Origin: Nitrospirales bacterium
GTDB taxonomy: Bacteria; Nitrospirota; Nitrospiria; Nitrospirales; UBA8639
DNA length: 64,000 nt
Assembly (NCBI GenBank): GCA_963555755.3
Contig: OY820905.2
Coordinates: forward strand, 2,624,001-2,688,000
Direction of reading: 5' to 3'
Below, piece by piece: positions 42,844-53,689 of this stretch (position 1 is its first letter; each line of letters begins with the position of its first letter). The notes beneath the pieces were generated by a model, which did not search any database, was not told the origin of the DNA, and worked only from the letters and a program-made list of their open reading frames with translations. The translations under genes and the position numbers were made by a program.

Positions 42844-43146
42844 CGACACTCTCACGACTTCGACCACCTCACGGTCATCGGTCGTGGAGGTTTCAAAGTT
42901 GAACGTATCTTCGAGAACGGAAAGAAGCGAATCGACTTTGTTTATGCACCGTATATCGTCGAGGTTCCGCGAGGAGAAGCGCACAGCCTGGTCGCCCTGG
43001 AGGACAACTCACTGGCGTTCTGCATCGAGACAACGGTGATCGAGGGGAACGCGATTGATCGTGGAGAGGGAGATAGGAAAAATATGGGGTCAGATACCCA
43101 ACCTCTCACGAGTGCCGATTTAGAACTTCGTGGGATGCACTCATAG
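42844..43146 (+). pseudogene. phage-type cupin-like gene, 5' truncated at oriIS
   Basis: Manual translation HSHDFDHLTVIGRG..APYIVEV..AHSLVALEDNSLAFCI. Confidence 0.55.
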
Positions 43147-43166
43147 GGAGAAAGGAAACTAGATTC

Positions 43167-43358
43167 ATGCCCGAGAACCAACCGGCCAGCGCCTTTGAAC
43201 AAGTAACAAGAGCAAATGTCCGGGACCTCAAGGACCGCGTTGAACGGATGGAGGATATTTTAGTTCATCTCAGAAACCGATTGCCCACCTGGGCCACATC
43301 CCTTATTGCTTTTTTATCGCTCTTTTTGGGCGCATGTGTGAGCTCGTATTTCAAATAA
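43167..43358 (+). CDS. holin/XhlA-like small membrane protein
   Basis: Coiled coil plus single C-terminal TM; AGGA RBS. Confidence 0.45.
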   Translation: MPENQPASAFEQVTRANVRDLKDRVERMEDILVHLRNRLPTWATSLIAFLSLFLGACVSSYFK

Positions 43359-43369
43359 TGGAGAAATCC

Positions 43370-43555
43370 GTGAAAAAATTGTTGGGGCTCTTGTTGGTGT
43401 GTTTTCTGTTTAGTGGATGCACCGCGACCAAATACAAAACGGTGGACGTGAAAATAAAAAAAGGCTTCCTTACCGCACCGGGCTTGCAACTATCCGGCGA
43501 GGGATTGAAGTATCATAATATCCCCCGCCCCTGTCAGGCTCCTACCGAATCATGA
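43370..43555 (+). CDS. small lipoprotein
   Basis: MKKLLGLLLVCFLFSGC lipobox; GGAG RBS. Confidence 0.55.
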   Translation: MKKLLGLLLVCFLFSGCTATKYKTVDVKIKKGFLTAPGLQLSGEGLKYHNIPRPCQAPTES

Positions 43556-43818
43556 TTGCCTACTTTTTCTTAGTGGTGCTGTTTGCCGCCAATGGAGAAA
43601 TTAACGGTGTGGGAATGTCTCCTGTTTTTGAAGACGTGGGTAGTTGCCATAATGCGCGAGAAACGTTTTTGGCTCGCAACCCCCAAACGGTCCAGAAGCC
43701 GAATATCCGGTACGTAAGGCCCTGCACAGCATTCGACCTTCGCCACCTTCCACGCTGTATTGTGCCCCCCATCGCCAACCCGGAAGCCAGACGAAGAACG
43801 CCGGGTCGTCTAGGGTAA
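43552..43818 (+). CDS. hypothetical exported protein
   Basis: ATGA overlap; hydrophobic N-terminus. Confidence 0.45.
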   Translation: MIAYFFLVVLFAANGEINGVGMSPVFEDVGSCHNARETFLARNPQTVQKPNIRYVRPCTAFDLRHLPRCIVPPIANPEARRRTPGRLG

Positions 43819-43921
43819 TCCCGTCCACTCTAGCCTCTCAAAGAAAACTACGTATACGCAAAAGCACCATGCCTAGGGCGTTTTGTCGCCTGAAATAATG
43901 TAAATTTTTTTGTCATACCCC

Positions 43922-43950
43922 TTGACAGTAACTACAAATGTAGTTATAAT
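43922..43950 (+). promoter_or_regulatory. consensus sigma70 promoter with palindromic operator
   Basis: TTGACA-17bp-TATAAT; TAACTACA-AA-TGTAGTTA across the spacer. Confidence 0.88.
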
Positions 43951-43956
43951 TACCTT

Positions 43957-44232
43957 ATGAATTTTGAATGGGATGAACAGAAACGGGAAGGCAATCTCAC
44001 CAAGCACGGGATTGATTTTGCATTGGCTGGTAAAATTTTCGACACTTCCACGGTTGAACGATTAGATGATAGGGACGACTATGGAGAAACGCGGTATATT
44101 GCTATCGGCCACACGGCAAAAGTATTTTTAGTTGTGGTCTACACCTGGCGCGGAGACACACGCCGGATCATCTCAGCATGGAGGGCTGGGCGCGATGAAG
44201 AAGAAACGTATCACCAAAATTTCACGGGCTGA
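43957..44232 (+). CDS. brnT: BrnT-family toxin
   Basis: FEWDEQK..N..KHGIDF, YGETR, RIISA. Confidence 0.92.
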   Translation: MNFEWDEQKREGNLTKHGIDFALAGKIFDTSTVERLDDRDDYGETRYIAIGHTAKVFLVVVYTWRGDTRRIISAWRAGRDEEETYHQNFTG

Positions 44233-44479
44233 ATTGGAGAAGATGGAAGACCGGAGCAGGCCCGATGCTCCAATCGGGCCTAGTCTTGGAAAGGCCTTCT
44301 GGAAAAATGCCCAAGTGGTCTATCCTGAAGGTCCGAAGGCCCAAGTGACGGTCCGCGTGGATGGCGATGTGCTTCGATGGTTTAAGGCACAGGGGCGCGG
44401 GTATCAAACCCGGATCAATGCGGTTCTCCGGTCGTATTATGAGGCGAGTAAAGGGAAGAAAGCGCCTGCGAAAGTATAG
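44195..44479 (+). CDS. brnA: BrnA-family antitoxin
   Basis: VTVRVDGDVLRWFKAQGRGYQTRINAVLRSY. Confidence 0.92.
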   Translation: MKKKRITKISRAELEKMEDRSRPDAPIGPSLGKAFWKNAQVVYPEGPKAQVTVRVDGDVLRWFKAQGRGYQTRINAVLRSYYEASKGKKAPAKV

Positions 44480-44486
44480 GTGTTTT

Positions 44487-44523
44487 ATGCCCCAGGATTC
44501 CTCGGAGTCTTGGGGCGTTTTTT
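44487..44523 (+). terminator. terminator of brnTA
   Basis: GCCCCAGGATTC-CTCG-GAGTCTTGGGGC plus T run. Confidence 0.75.
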
Positions 44524-44553
44524 GTGCCAAAAATTATTTACACTTTTTGTAAC

Positions 44554-45746
44554 TAGTGTAGTGTCCTAAACAGGTAGTGCATTAAGTGCGGCCTTCGCCC
44601 GGCGGACCTTTTTCAGAATTGTTTCCGCCGATTTCGTCCACACAAACGGTTTTGGGGCCGTATTGTTCTGGGCAATATGGTCACCAATCGCCGCTTCCAA
44701 TTCTTCCACGGACCGAAACACTCCGCGCCGGATCTGCTTGGCCGTGATGTTGGCGAAGAACCGTTCTACCAAATTCAGCCACGACGAACTGGTCGGGATA
44801 AAGTGGAAATGGACCCGCGGGTGCTTGGCAAGCCACGCCTGGACCTTCGCATGTTTATGCGTGGCATAATTATCCATGATAATGTGCAAGTCGACCGTCT
44901 TGTCCACGGTTCGATCAATCAGGGACAGAAACTTGAGAAATTCCTGATGCCGGTGTCGCGGCATACATTTGCCCAGAATCTGTCCGCTCAAGACATCCAG
45001 CGCCGCAAAGAGGGTACTCGTGCCATGGCGCTTATAATCGTGAGTCATCGTTCCACAGCGGCCCTTCTTCATCGGCAGGCCTGGCTGCGTACGATCCAAG
45101 GCCTGAATCGAACTCTTCTCGTCGACACACAGCACCACGGCTTTTTCGGGGGGATTCAAATAGAGCCCCACGACGTCGTGTAATTTCTCCTCAAACCGGG
45201 GGTCATTGCTGATTTTAAAGTGTTTCACCAGATGGGGCTTCAAGCCATGGGCTTTCCAGACGCGCTGGACGAAACTATGCTGACAGCCCACAGCCTGTGC
45301 CATGGATCGGGTGGACCAGTGGGTCGCGCCCTTGGGTTTGTCCTGGGTGGTGCGGCGAAGAATCTTCTGCCTCAGCCGCGTCTGGTCTTCCGTCTTCTTG
45401 CCGCCGTGGTTGGCTCCGCGCGGCGCATCTTTGAGGATGCCAGGGTATCCTTGCGCTGCATACCGATTGCGCCATCGCCCCACTTTATGCGGATCAATCC
45501 CCAGCACCAGACTAATCTCTTTGTTGGTATTCCCGGCTGCGGCAAGCAGAACAATCTTTGAGCGCTCCACCAATCGGACCGCACTGCGGCGACTTCGGGT
45601 ATGCCGTTGTAACTGCTGACGGTCCCCAGCTCTTAAGGTGATCGGCACGGCTTGACGCATACTCCCCTCCTCAACACGAGCATGAATAATATCGTGATGC
45701 TAGCAGAATGCGTTATAATATACAATCTATTTAGGACACTACACTA
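44554..45746 (-). mobile_element. IS630-family element, intact transposase 44566-45660
   Basis: IR TAGTGTAGTGTCCTAAA; CVDEKSS, MDNYATH, SSWLNLVERFF. Confidence 0.95.
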
Positions 45747-47596
45747 GTGTCTGAGAGAAAACGCCGGTTTTTTCGGGCATGTTCCGGGATATTTTTTCCA
45801 CACCTCTCTTCGGCCTCCTCTGTCGTGCTCACGAACGGCTTTTCTCGTCCACCATTCGTGCCATGTCCTGGATGGGAGCCCTCCCCAGGACGTCGCAGTC
45901 GATTCGTGACAGAGGTCGCCCTCGGGTGCAGGATTCCTTCCGGCAGCTTGCAGCGCTAGGCCGCTTGCTTGAGTTGCGGCTTACGGCGTCGGTCGTGTTC
46001 CAGCAACCGATGGCCAATCTTGTGGAGATTGTACGCCAAGATCCCCAACCCGACGTAGCGCTGAAACCCCGCCCATCCTTTGTCAGGACACCGATTCAAC
46101 CCATGGTGTTCCAAGGCCTTGATGTCCGATTCAATCGCACTGTGCTGCTGCCGTAAGCGGCGAAAGGTCGGCTGCGTTTCCCGGGCCTGATCGGCTTGGG
46201 AACGCCGCCCTTTTTGGGGCATGATGACTTCGGGAATAAACAGCTCGAGGAGTTCGCGATCCTGTTGTGCGCTGAACCCCTTATCCACACTCCAACTCTG
46301 GATCTGGCCGTCCCCCAATCGGGCCAACAGCCGATCGGCGAGAGGCAGGGTTTCCTTCACATCACTGCTCTGGGTCATGATCTTATAGTCCAGGATCAAA
46401 CTATATTGATCCGTGGTGATGAGTAATTTATGGCCGAGTTCCACCGCCGGGGCGACTTTCCCCTTGTTGATCCATTCGGTATGCGGTTCAAACAGGGACA
46501 AGAGTTTGTCGGCAGGGGGAATCGTTTCGCCCTGCAGGACCCGTCGGTCGATAAGATCCAGATGCTTGATGAGCATCTCGTGATAGTATTCCACCTCGGC
46601 CAGGATGTTTTGCTCCAGTAGGGAGCAGGTCTGGGGCCGAAGAAGCAGTAGGCTGGCAAAGACTTTCTGCTCCACCGCGTAGGCTTTCTGCAGATAGGCC
46701 GTGACCGCCGCGTCGAGCCGCTCGCGCTTCTTGGCGCCCCCGCCATGGGAGATTGTCCCACAGGTTCGAAGCAAGGTCTTCAGTTGCTTCCGCCACGTGT
46801 AGGCCTTGCGCCACCCCGAGTGCTCCAGGTGCTGCGCCAGCCGCGGGAGCAAAACCAAACATTTCCGACAGGCATCCCACAGCAGATTCAAATCCGTGGG
46901 GAAATGGACGTTGGTCTCCAGCACGTAGGTATCACTTTTGGCGTGAATGGGCTCGTCGTCTTTTTTTTTAACCAGCGGCCGCCCGGCCTGGACCACAATA
47001 GCATTGATGGCCGCCAAGAAGGCCTCGTCGACGTGGCAGACAGTCTCACTCAACGTCTTTTGATGAAACCCTTTCCCAAACTCTCCACGGAAGGGGGACT
47101 CCAAACCCATGATGCGCCGGAGTAATGTGTCATAGTGAACCAGGTATTCCACCCGGTCATAGTCACAATCCAAGGCGAGGCGGACGACGCCCAGTACCAG
47201 AACATGCCAGAGGTCCATCCCCGGCCGTCCTGTCGCCGGCTTCTTCGTCCCCTGGATCTTCTGTTCCAGCAAGGCAAAGATTTGCTCATTGACGTCGGGG
47301 GTCTGAAAAATCCACTGGAGCCCCCGCAACACCGGCGGCAATTCATCTCGACTCTTCGGGGGAATGGGCACTTCCTCAATTGGGGTCTGCCCTAAGTCCA
47401 ACTGCCGTTCAAATCGTTGCCGCATCGTATCGATCCTCCCTCAACCAACACTGGGCACTCGGTGAATGTTGAGGCAGTTTACACGAAAAACAGGCTGTTT
47501 TCAGGGATTTCTCGCACATACCGTGAAAGATTCACAACCCAAAAACCGAGAAAACCCGCGTCACGCTTAGGCAATCCTGTTTTCTCTCAGACACTA
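45745..47596 (-). mobile_element. ISNCY/IS5-like element, transposase 45956-47425
   Basis: IR TAGTGTCTGAGAGAAAAC; GRPGMDLW, DTYVLETNVHFPTD, DKGF, HSAIES. Confidence 0.85.
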
Positions 47597-48976
47597 ACTA
47601 CTCAGGTGTGGTGAACTTTGTCGTTCAGCGTGTGGGCATAAAGGGGTGGCCGCACATGGCCTGTGAAATGGCTTGCAGGATGTTGCCGCCCTGCTTTCTC
47701 GCCGTCGAAAGATAGCCCCGTATGCGAGCGAACTGGATGGCGCCTGAAAGCGTTCGGAAACAGCCCGAGATTTTGAGGCGGAGCTTGATCATCCGGATAT
47801 CCTGTTCCGCCAGATTGTTGGTGAAAGGCACCTGGTTGTCATGAAAAAACGCCAGCACGGAGGCTTCATGCTCGCCCAGCCGGGCAAGGAGATTTTGGGC
47901 CTTGGTCTTTTGGGGCCGGCCTCGTGTCTTATGCCGAGGCGTGGCCGGCAGGGGGTTGGCCTGCCAACCGAGCGTGAGAAGATCTCGGTACTGTTTCAGC
48001 CACGGGGTTTTCTGTTCTCCAGTTAGCTGTGAGGGGTGCTTGCTGACACACTCGTTCATCTCAAGCAACAGATCAAACCTGCGTTTGGCCCATGGTTGGT
48101 CGTGCTGCTCGAACAGGCACGTCAGTTCACGCAAATGATGGGCGTTACAGAGGCCGTGGGCACAGTCATAGGTGAGAGAGGGTTTCCAGAAGTCGTGGAG
48201 CAGGTGGCCAGAAAAGTCCGGGATGATCTTGAACTCCTCGATCGCCGCTCGTCCCCGTTTTTCATGCACGCCGTAAAAGGTCAACGTGTCGGTGCTGGCG
48301 CTGTGGAGCCAGTGGAGTGTTCCGGCCGTGCGGACACCACTTTCATCGGCATGGAGAATTGGACTCTTGCCGAGAGCCTCGTTGACCGCCGTCTCAAACG
48401 GCGCGAGGTGCTCATCGCATCGACGGGTGGCGTCCACAATGGTGGCGTCGCTGACAGGGGCGCCATACAGGTCAGCCATCATTTGGCTGATGCGGCGCAA
48501 GGGGATCACCTGTTGGTTCTGGAGATAGACCAGGAGGCTGCGAAATCTGGGACCGTACTGTGCCGGCGCAGGCAGGTCATCAGGAAATGACGCCGTGACC
48601 GAGCGGCCGCATTGGGGGCAGGTTTTGCTTGCTCCCCGATATTCGGTGACGTCGAGTGTAGGTTCCGGCAGGTCAAAGAGCTGTCGGCGTTCATAGCCGA
48701 TGACCGTCTCGTTGGTGAGGTCGGCATGGCAGGAACAGGAGTGAACGGGCAGTGTGACACGGTGGGCTGGGTGTTCCACCTGCTTCAGAGTCTGGCCGGG
48801 ATGCCCCGTTTGGCCGCCCGGCTTTTTCCCGGACGGTGTGCGCAGGCTCGTGGTTCGGGGCTTGGCTGGTCCATCGGACGAGGGCGGCTTACTCCTGTTT
48901 CGACTGGTTGTGTCGAGCCGCTGCTTCAGGTCGGTGACTTGCGTGGTCAGCGCCTGCACCTGTTCCTTCAGCGCCA
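47595..48976 (-). pseudogene. IS66-family transposase, 5' truncated
   Basis: SKPPSSD, HADESG, CNAHHLREL, FTNNLAEQDIR, ISGCFR; end TAACTACTCAGG. Confidence 0.88.
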
Positions 48977-48977
48977 G

Positions 48978-50288
48978 GGGGCTTGTCAAGTTAACTGTGT
49001 AACTGAATTGTGGGCTAGATTGTTGGCACTCGATCTCCTAAGAACATGGCGAATTGGTTGAGAGCCCGCTTCCAGTGCGGAATGGGCATCGTCCATTTCT
49101 GCGCAATCCGCTGCATCCCTAAATACCGCACCTTCAGAATTGATTCATCTGTCGGAAAGGCTCCCCGACTTTTCAGGACTTTGCGTAACGAAAAATTCAC
49201 CGATTCGATCGCATTGGTGGTATAGATGGCTTTCCTGCTTTCTGGGGGATAATCAAAAAAGATCGTGAGCCGACTCCAAGGCCGTCGCCACGTCGCACTG
49301 ATCGTCGGATATTTCGCATCCCACATGGCGGCAAATGTCTCCAACGCGCTTTCCGCCTCCGACAACGTCGCGGCGCCATAGATGGCTCGTCGCTCTTTCC
49401 ACACCACATACCGCAAGGATTGCCGTACCTTATGCACAATGCACAGTTGCACCTGGGTGTGTGGGAACACCGTCTCCAAGGCTTCTGGCAAGCCCCCACG
49501 CCCAGCAACGCAAGCCACAAAACAATCCCGGACCCCGCGCTGCTGGAGTTCGGTGAAGATCGACAGCCAGAACTTGGCCCCTTCGGTCTCACGGATCCAG
49601 CGCCCCAGGAGTGCTTTCTCTCCCTGTAGATTCACCCCTAAGGCCCCATACACGGCTTTATTCTTGACGACGCCCTCCTGCCGAGACTTCACACACAGAC
49701 AATCGAAGTACAGAATCGGATACACGGCATCTAAGGGCCGACGCTGCCAGAGGCGCACATCCTCCCACACCGCATCAGTGATGGCCGAAATGAGCGTGGG
49801 CGACACCTCCACGTCATAGAGTTCTTCCAGATGCCCTTGAATGTCGCGAGTCGTCAGCCCTCGGGCAGACAACGCCAGGACCTTCTCATCAAACCCTTCC
49901 ACGCGCCGTTGGCGTGTGGGCACCAACAGCGGCTCAAAGCTGCCTTGACGATCACGGGGCACCTGGAGCGGGAGATCCCCGTGGGCCGTCTGCACCGTTT
50001 TCGACGTGCTCCCATTGCGGGCATTGCCGGATCCACGGCCCTCAGGGGCATGAGGGGCATAGCCCCAATGCTCGGTCAGTTCTGCCCGCAGGGCGCGTTC
50101 TACGAGCCGTTTCGTGAGACGCTTCACCAGCCCATGTTTGCCGAATATGTCTTCGGGTGACGCACACCCTTCCCATAGCTCATCTAACAGCACATCGGTT
50201 TTGCTTGGGGTCTTGGCTCTGGTCATCAGTCCTCCTTCTTCAATGGATCCGTCATGATAACCAGTTACACAGTTTATCTTACAGGCCC
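48978..50288 (-). mobile_element. IS256-family element (transposase 49015-50226, degenerate)
   Basis: IRs GGGC(T/C)TGT..AACTGTGTAACTG; RNG, QLCIVH, IYTTNAIES. Confidence 0.9.
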
Positions 50289-52329
50289 CTTCCCGACGAT
50301 TGTCCCGAAGCAGCACCTGCGCATTGCCGCCGTGGTCATCGCGGTGATACGCACTTATCCCACCTAAGCCCACGGCGCCCGAACGATGCTGGCGGCCCTG
50401 GGGACAGCGATTCCGTCAACGCGCGGTGGCGCGTGCCCCAAGCCCGTCTCCACCCGCTGACACCCCGGCTCCCTACGAACGCCGCCGTCCCGAAGAGACC
50501 ACGCTCTACCAGGTGAGCCAAGATCACGTCGACACCTTCTTGGCCCAAGTCGAACAGGAAACGGGGTCGGGGCTGCCTCAGTTTGTCAAAGACGAGTTCG
50601 AGGCATTTCTGGAAGGCGGGATCTGAGGGCTCGCGAAACAATACCTTCCCAGAATTCGCGCCCAGATTTGGGGCAGATTGAGTCGAGCTGAGGGAGCAAA
50701 ACCGCAGGCGTAGCACCGCCCACGTGGAGGATTGTGCGAGTGAAGATCGGCTCAAGATGGCCTGAAGCTGGGATGCGAAAAGGGGAAGGTATTGTTTCGC
50801 GAGCCCTGAGCGCACGGGGTTCTGCGCCTGCGATGTGGGGACTGCGCCCATGAGAAGCTGGTGGCCTTCTCCTGTAACCGCCGCGGGTTTTGCCCGGCCT
50901 GTGGCGCCAGACGCATGGCCGAGACTGCCGCCCATCTGGTGGAGCAGGTGATCCCTCACGTGCCCGTGCGCCAATGGGTGGTCTCGTGTCCTATCCCCTT
51001 GCGGCATCTGTTCGCGACCCAGCCGCAGCGGCTTTCCCCGGTGTTGCAGGGCATCCACCGCGCCCTCTCGACCTTCGTGATCCACCACGCCGGCTTGCCC
51101 CATGCCCAGGCGCAAACCGGCGCGGTGCCCCGCATCCAACGCTTTGGCTCCGCCGCGACTCTCAACATTCATCTGCATTGCCGGATGCTCGATGGCGTCT
51201 ATCGCCTCACCGACGGGGTCCCGATCTTTCAGCCCGTGCCGGCCCCTACCGCTGACCAGCTTCAGGCATTACTCACGCGGATCATCACGCGGCTGCTGAA
51301 GATGCTCACGCGCCAAGGCGCGCTCATGGAAGAAGTCTCCGAGATTCCGTATCTGACCAATCCCGATGCCGATCCCGCCTTGGCCCCGCTGCAGGCAGCG
51401 GCTTGCACCTACCGCATTGCCCTTGGCCCCCGAGCCGGCCAAAAAGTGCTGACGTGGAAAGATCCATCATTGCGCCTGGCCAGTCAGGAGGCGCCACAAT
51501 CAAAGGGCGGTGTCAGTGCGCAAGGGTTCAGTCTGCATGCGGACACATGGTGTGGTCCCCAGCCGCGACAACAACTCGAACAGCTCTGTCGCGACATCAC
51601 CCGTCCGGCCTTGGGCCACAAACGCCTGCGCCGGACACCAGCCGGCGAGGTCGTCCTCCAACTCAAAACGCCGTATCGCGATGGCACCACCCATCTGGTG
51701 ATGAGCCCACTGGAATTCCTGCAACGCCTCGCGGCCCTCGTCCCGCGTCCCCGACTCCCTCTCATTCGCTTCCATGGCGTGCTGGCGCCCAACGCGGCGC
51801 TGCGGTCCCAGATCGTGCCCGGCGAGGCCGATCAGGCGACGGACCCCGCCAATGAGGAGGGCGATGCCCTCGCTCCTTCAACACGAGCCCGCCTAAACTG
51901 GGCGCAATGACTCAAACGTGTCTTCGCCATCGATATCACCACCTGCCCGCAGTGCGGCGGGCCATTGACCATCCTCGCGGCGATCGAGGATCCTGCGGTG
52001 ATCATCAAGATTCTCACGCACCTGGGCTTGCCGAGCCAAGCCCCACCACGAGCCCCGGCCCGCCTCGACGCGTTCATGCAGACAGCCTAAGCTTCCACCT
52101 GGATTCCGGTTCGGGGCCCGAACCGACACCCCCCCTTTGCCCAGTTCCCCTTCGCACACGCCACAATGGTGCGTCATGCTGGGCCTGATCCATGGCAAAA
52201 GAGCCAGTCAGGCCCGTCGCGCAGGGTCATTCCTTCATGGCAGACTCTGGAGTTGGCAGATTGACCCCACAATGAGGTCTTTGGTACTTTCCGGTTCAGT
52301 CAAAAAGGGCTTTTAAAATTCCTATTCCC
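50289..52329 (+). mobile_element. IS91/ISCR element copy 2 (lexA 3' end, MITE, broken transposase, oriIS)
   Basis: Near-identical to ~40795-42844. Confidence 0.9.
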
Positions 52330-52478
52330 GGTAGCAGAATAATTTCCCACCGTAGGCAGACTTCCAGCATCTCCTCGCCGATGCCTAATCGAGCACAGAT
52401 TTCTTCTCGGCGCATCATGCCTTGTGTGATGATTTCTGCCGTGACTTGTTCCAGTGTGGGTGGGGATTCGTCATTCAT
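52330..52478 (-). pseudogene. CbpM-like chaperone modulator, 3' truncated at oriIS
   Basis: MerR-like EEICARLGI..L..WEII; coupled to the DnaJ-like gene. Confidence 0.55.
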
Positions 52479-52719
52479 GGGTGGCCTCACGAAGAAGGGA
52501 TGAACGGGGATCAGGATGATCGAATTTAGCTAATTGTTCGTATAGATGGCGCTCTTCGGACGAAGGTGTTTGGGGTGTCATAATTTCCAGCACGACAAAT
52601 TGGTTGCCATGGCCCCCTGCTCGTTTGGGAAGCCCCTTTCCTTTTAAACGCATACGTTGTTGCGGTTGACTGCCGGGAGGAATTTTTAGTCGGACAGATC
52701 CGGATAGAGTGGGCACCTG
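52471..52719 (-). pseudogene. DnaJ/CbpA C-terminal fragment
   Basis: VPTLSG.V.LKIPPGSQ..RMRLKGKGLP..GNQFV..P. Confidence 0.8.
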
Positions 52720-53092
52720 TCCCACACTTCCATCAATTCTTGTGGATGAATCGCAAAAAAGACTTCAACACACTCTAGATGTAAGTAACAATGCGGCCCA
52801 AAAGATCCAGCAGTCTATAGAAGATATGGCCATAGAATGGGGTCTCAAACAGTATCCACGGAAACGTGAACAATCAAAAGAAGCTGCTGAATTAATGTAT
52901 GGTTCTATACTTGCTGATAACTCTAATTGGCTATTTGATTTAAACGATGAGGATCGTTCTTACATTGAAAAGATGAAAGCGGAACTAAGAAAATCACCAA
53001 ACAACCCGTTTACCCTTTCCATCTCGAAGCACCAACTCTTAAAGGCAATAGCCATTTTAGAATTAAATAAAGGAGGTATTATTAATGTCTGA
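52720..53092 (+). pseudogene. AT-rich hypothetical gene, 5' truncated
   Basis: Open frame starting at the TCCC junction; composition switch. Confidence 0.5.
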
Positions 53093-53450
53093 ATTTGACA
53101 AGAAATTTGATAAATCATTTAACAATACAGTTAAAGATGAAGGCGAAATACCTATAGACGCGAAAAAGACGGCTATCATGGGTGGCGTAGCAGCTGGTGC
53201 GACAGCGGCGGGTGGAGCTGCAGCCGTTGTAGCAGCCGTCGGAACTGCTAGTACCGGAACTGCAATTGCAACTCTAAGCGGTGCAGCTGCTACAAGCGCT
53301 ACTTTGGCTTGGCTTGGAGGGGGAGCCATCGCTGCGGGTGGCGGAGGTGTAGCATTGGGCGCTGCTATCCTCACTGGTGGAGGAGCTGTTGTTGCTTGCG
53401 GTGTTGGCTACGGTCTCTACAAATGGAAGTGCAAGAAATTGAAAAAATAA
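53085..53450 (+). CDS. Gly/Ala-rich glycine-zipper membrane protein
   Basis: AGGAGG RBS; GTASTGTAIATLSGAAATSATLAWLGGGAIAAGGGG. Confidence 0.75.
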   Translation: MSEFDKKFDKSFNNTVKDEGEIPIDAKKTAIMGGVAAGATAAGGAAAVVAAVGTASTGTAIATLSGAAATSATLAWLGGGAIAAGGGGVALGAAILTGGGAVVACGVGYGLYKWKCKKLKK

Positions 53451-53603
53451 GCCTTCACCTAAATAGAGTTCTCACTGATCTTGGTATTACAGGTGATGGT
53501 TGGGGAATGTATGGGCACTTCCGTTAAAATACTTAACAAATTGCATAAGCTCGGGTATTTTGCTCTGCTACGTGCTTCAAAAATTCCGTTTACGCAGGTC
53601 TTT

Positions 53604-53680
53604 AATGTCTGCTTTCAGTATGAAGCGGACATTAGAGTTGATTGTGCTTGAACGTCCGCTAACCAGCGAAAGCGGACATT
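53604..53680. repeat. pair of REP-like hairpins
   Basis: AATGTCTGCTT..AAGCGGACATT and AACGTCCGCT..AGCGGACATT, 47-bp period. Confidence 0.65.
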
Positions 53681-53689
53681 CGGATAATT

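Larger units (their letters stand above)
40171..42844 (+). mobile_element. IS91/ISCR-family rolling-circle element carrying a lexA-like gene, copy 1 (left end inferred)
   Basis: Y2/HUH transposase (SCKRRGFCPAC, HLHCL, GFSLHA, RFHGVLAP), interrupted; oriIS AAATTCCTATTCCC. Confidence 0.88.

Noticed and set aside
22176..43818. Single intact prophage
   Set aside because: No capsid, large terminase or coherent module order; fragments differ in GC and phage type.
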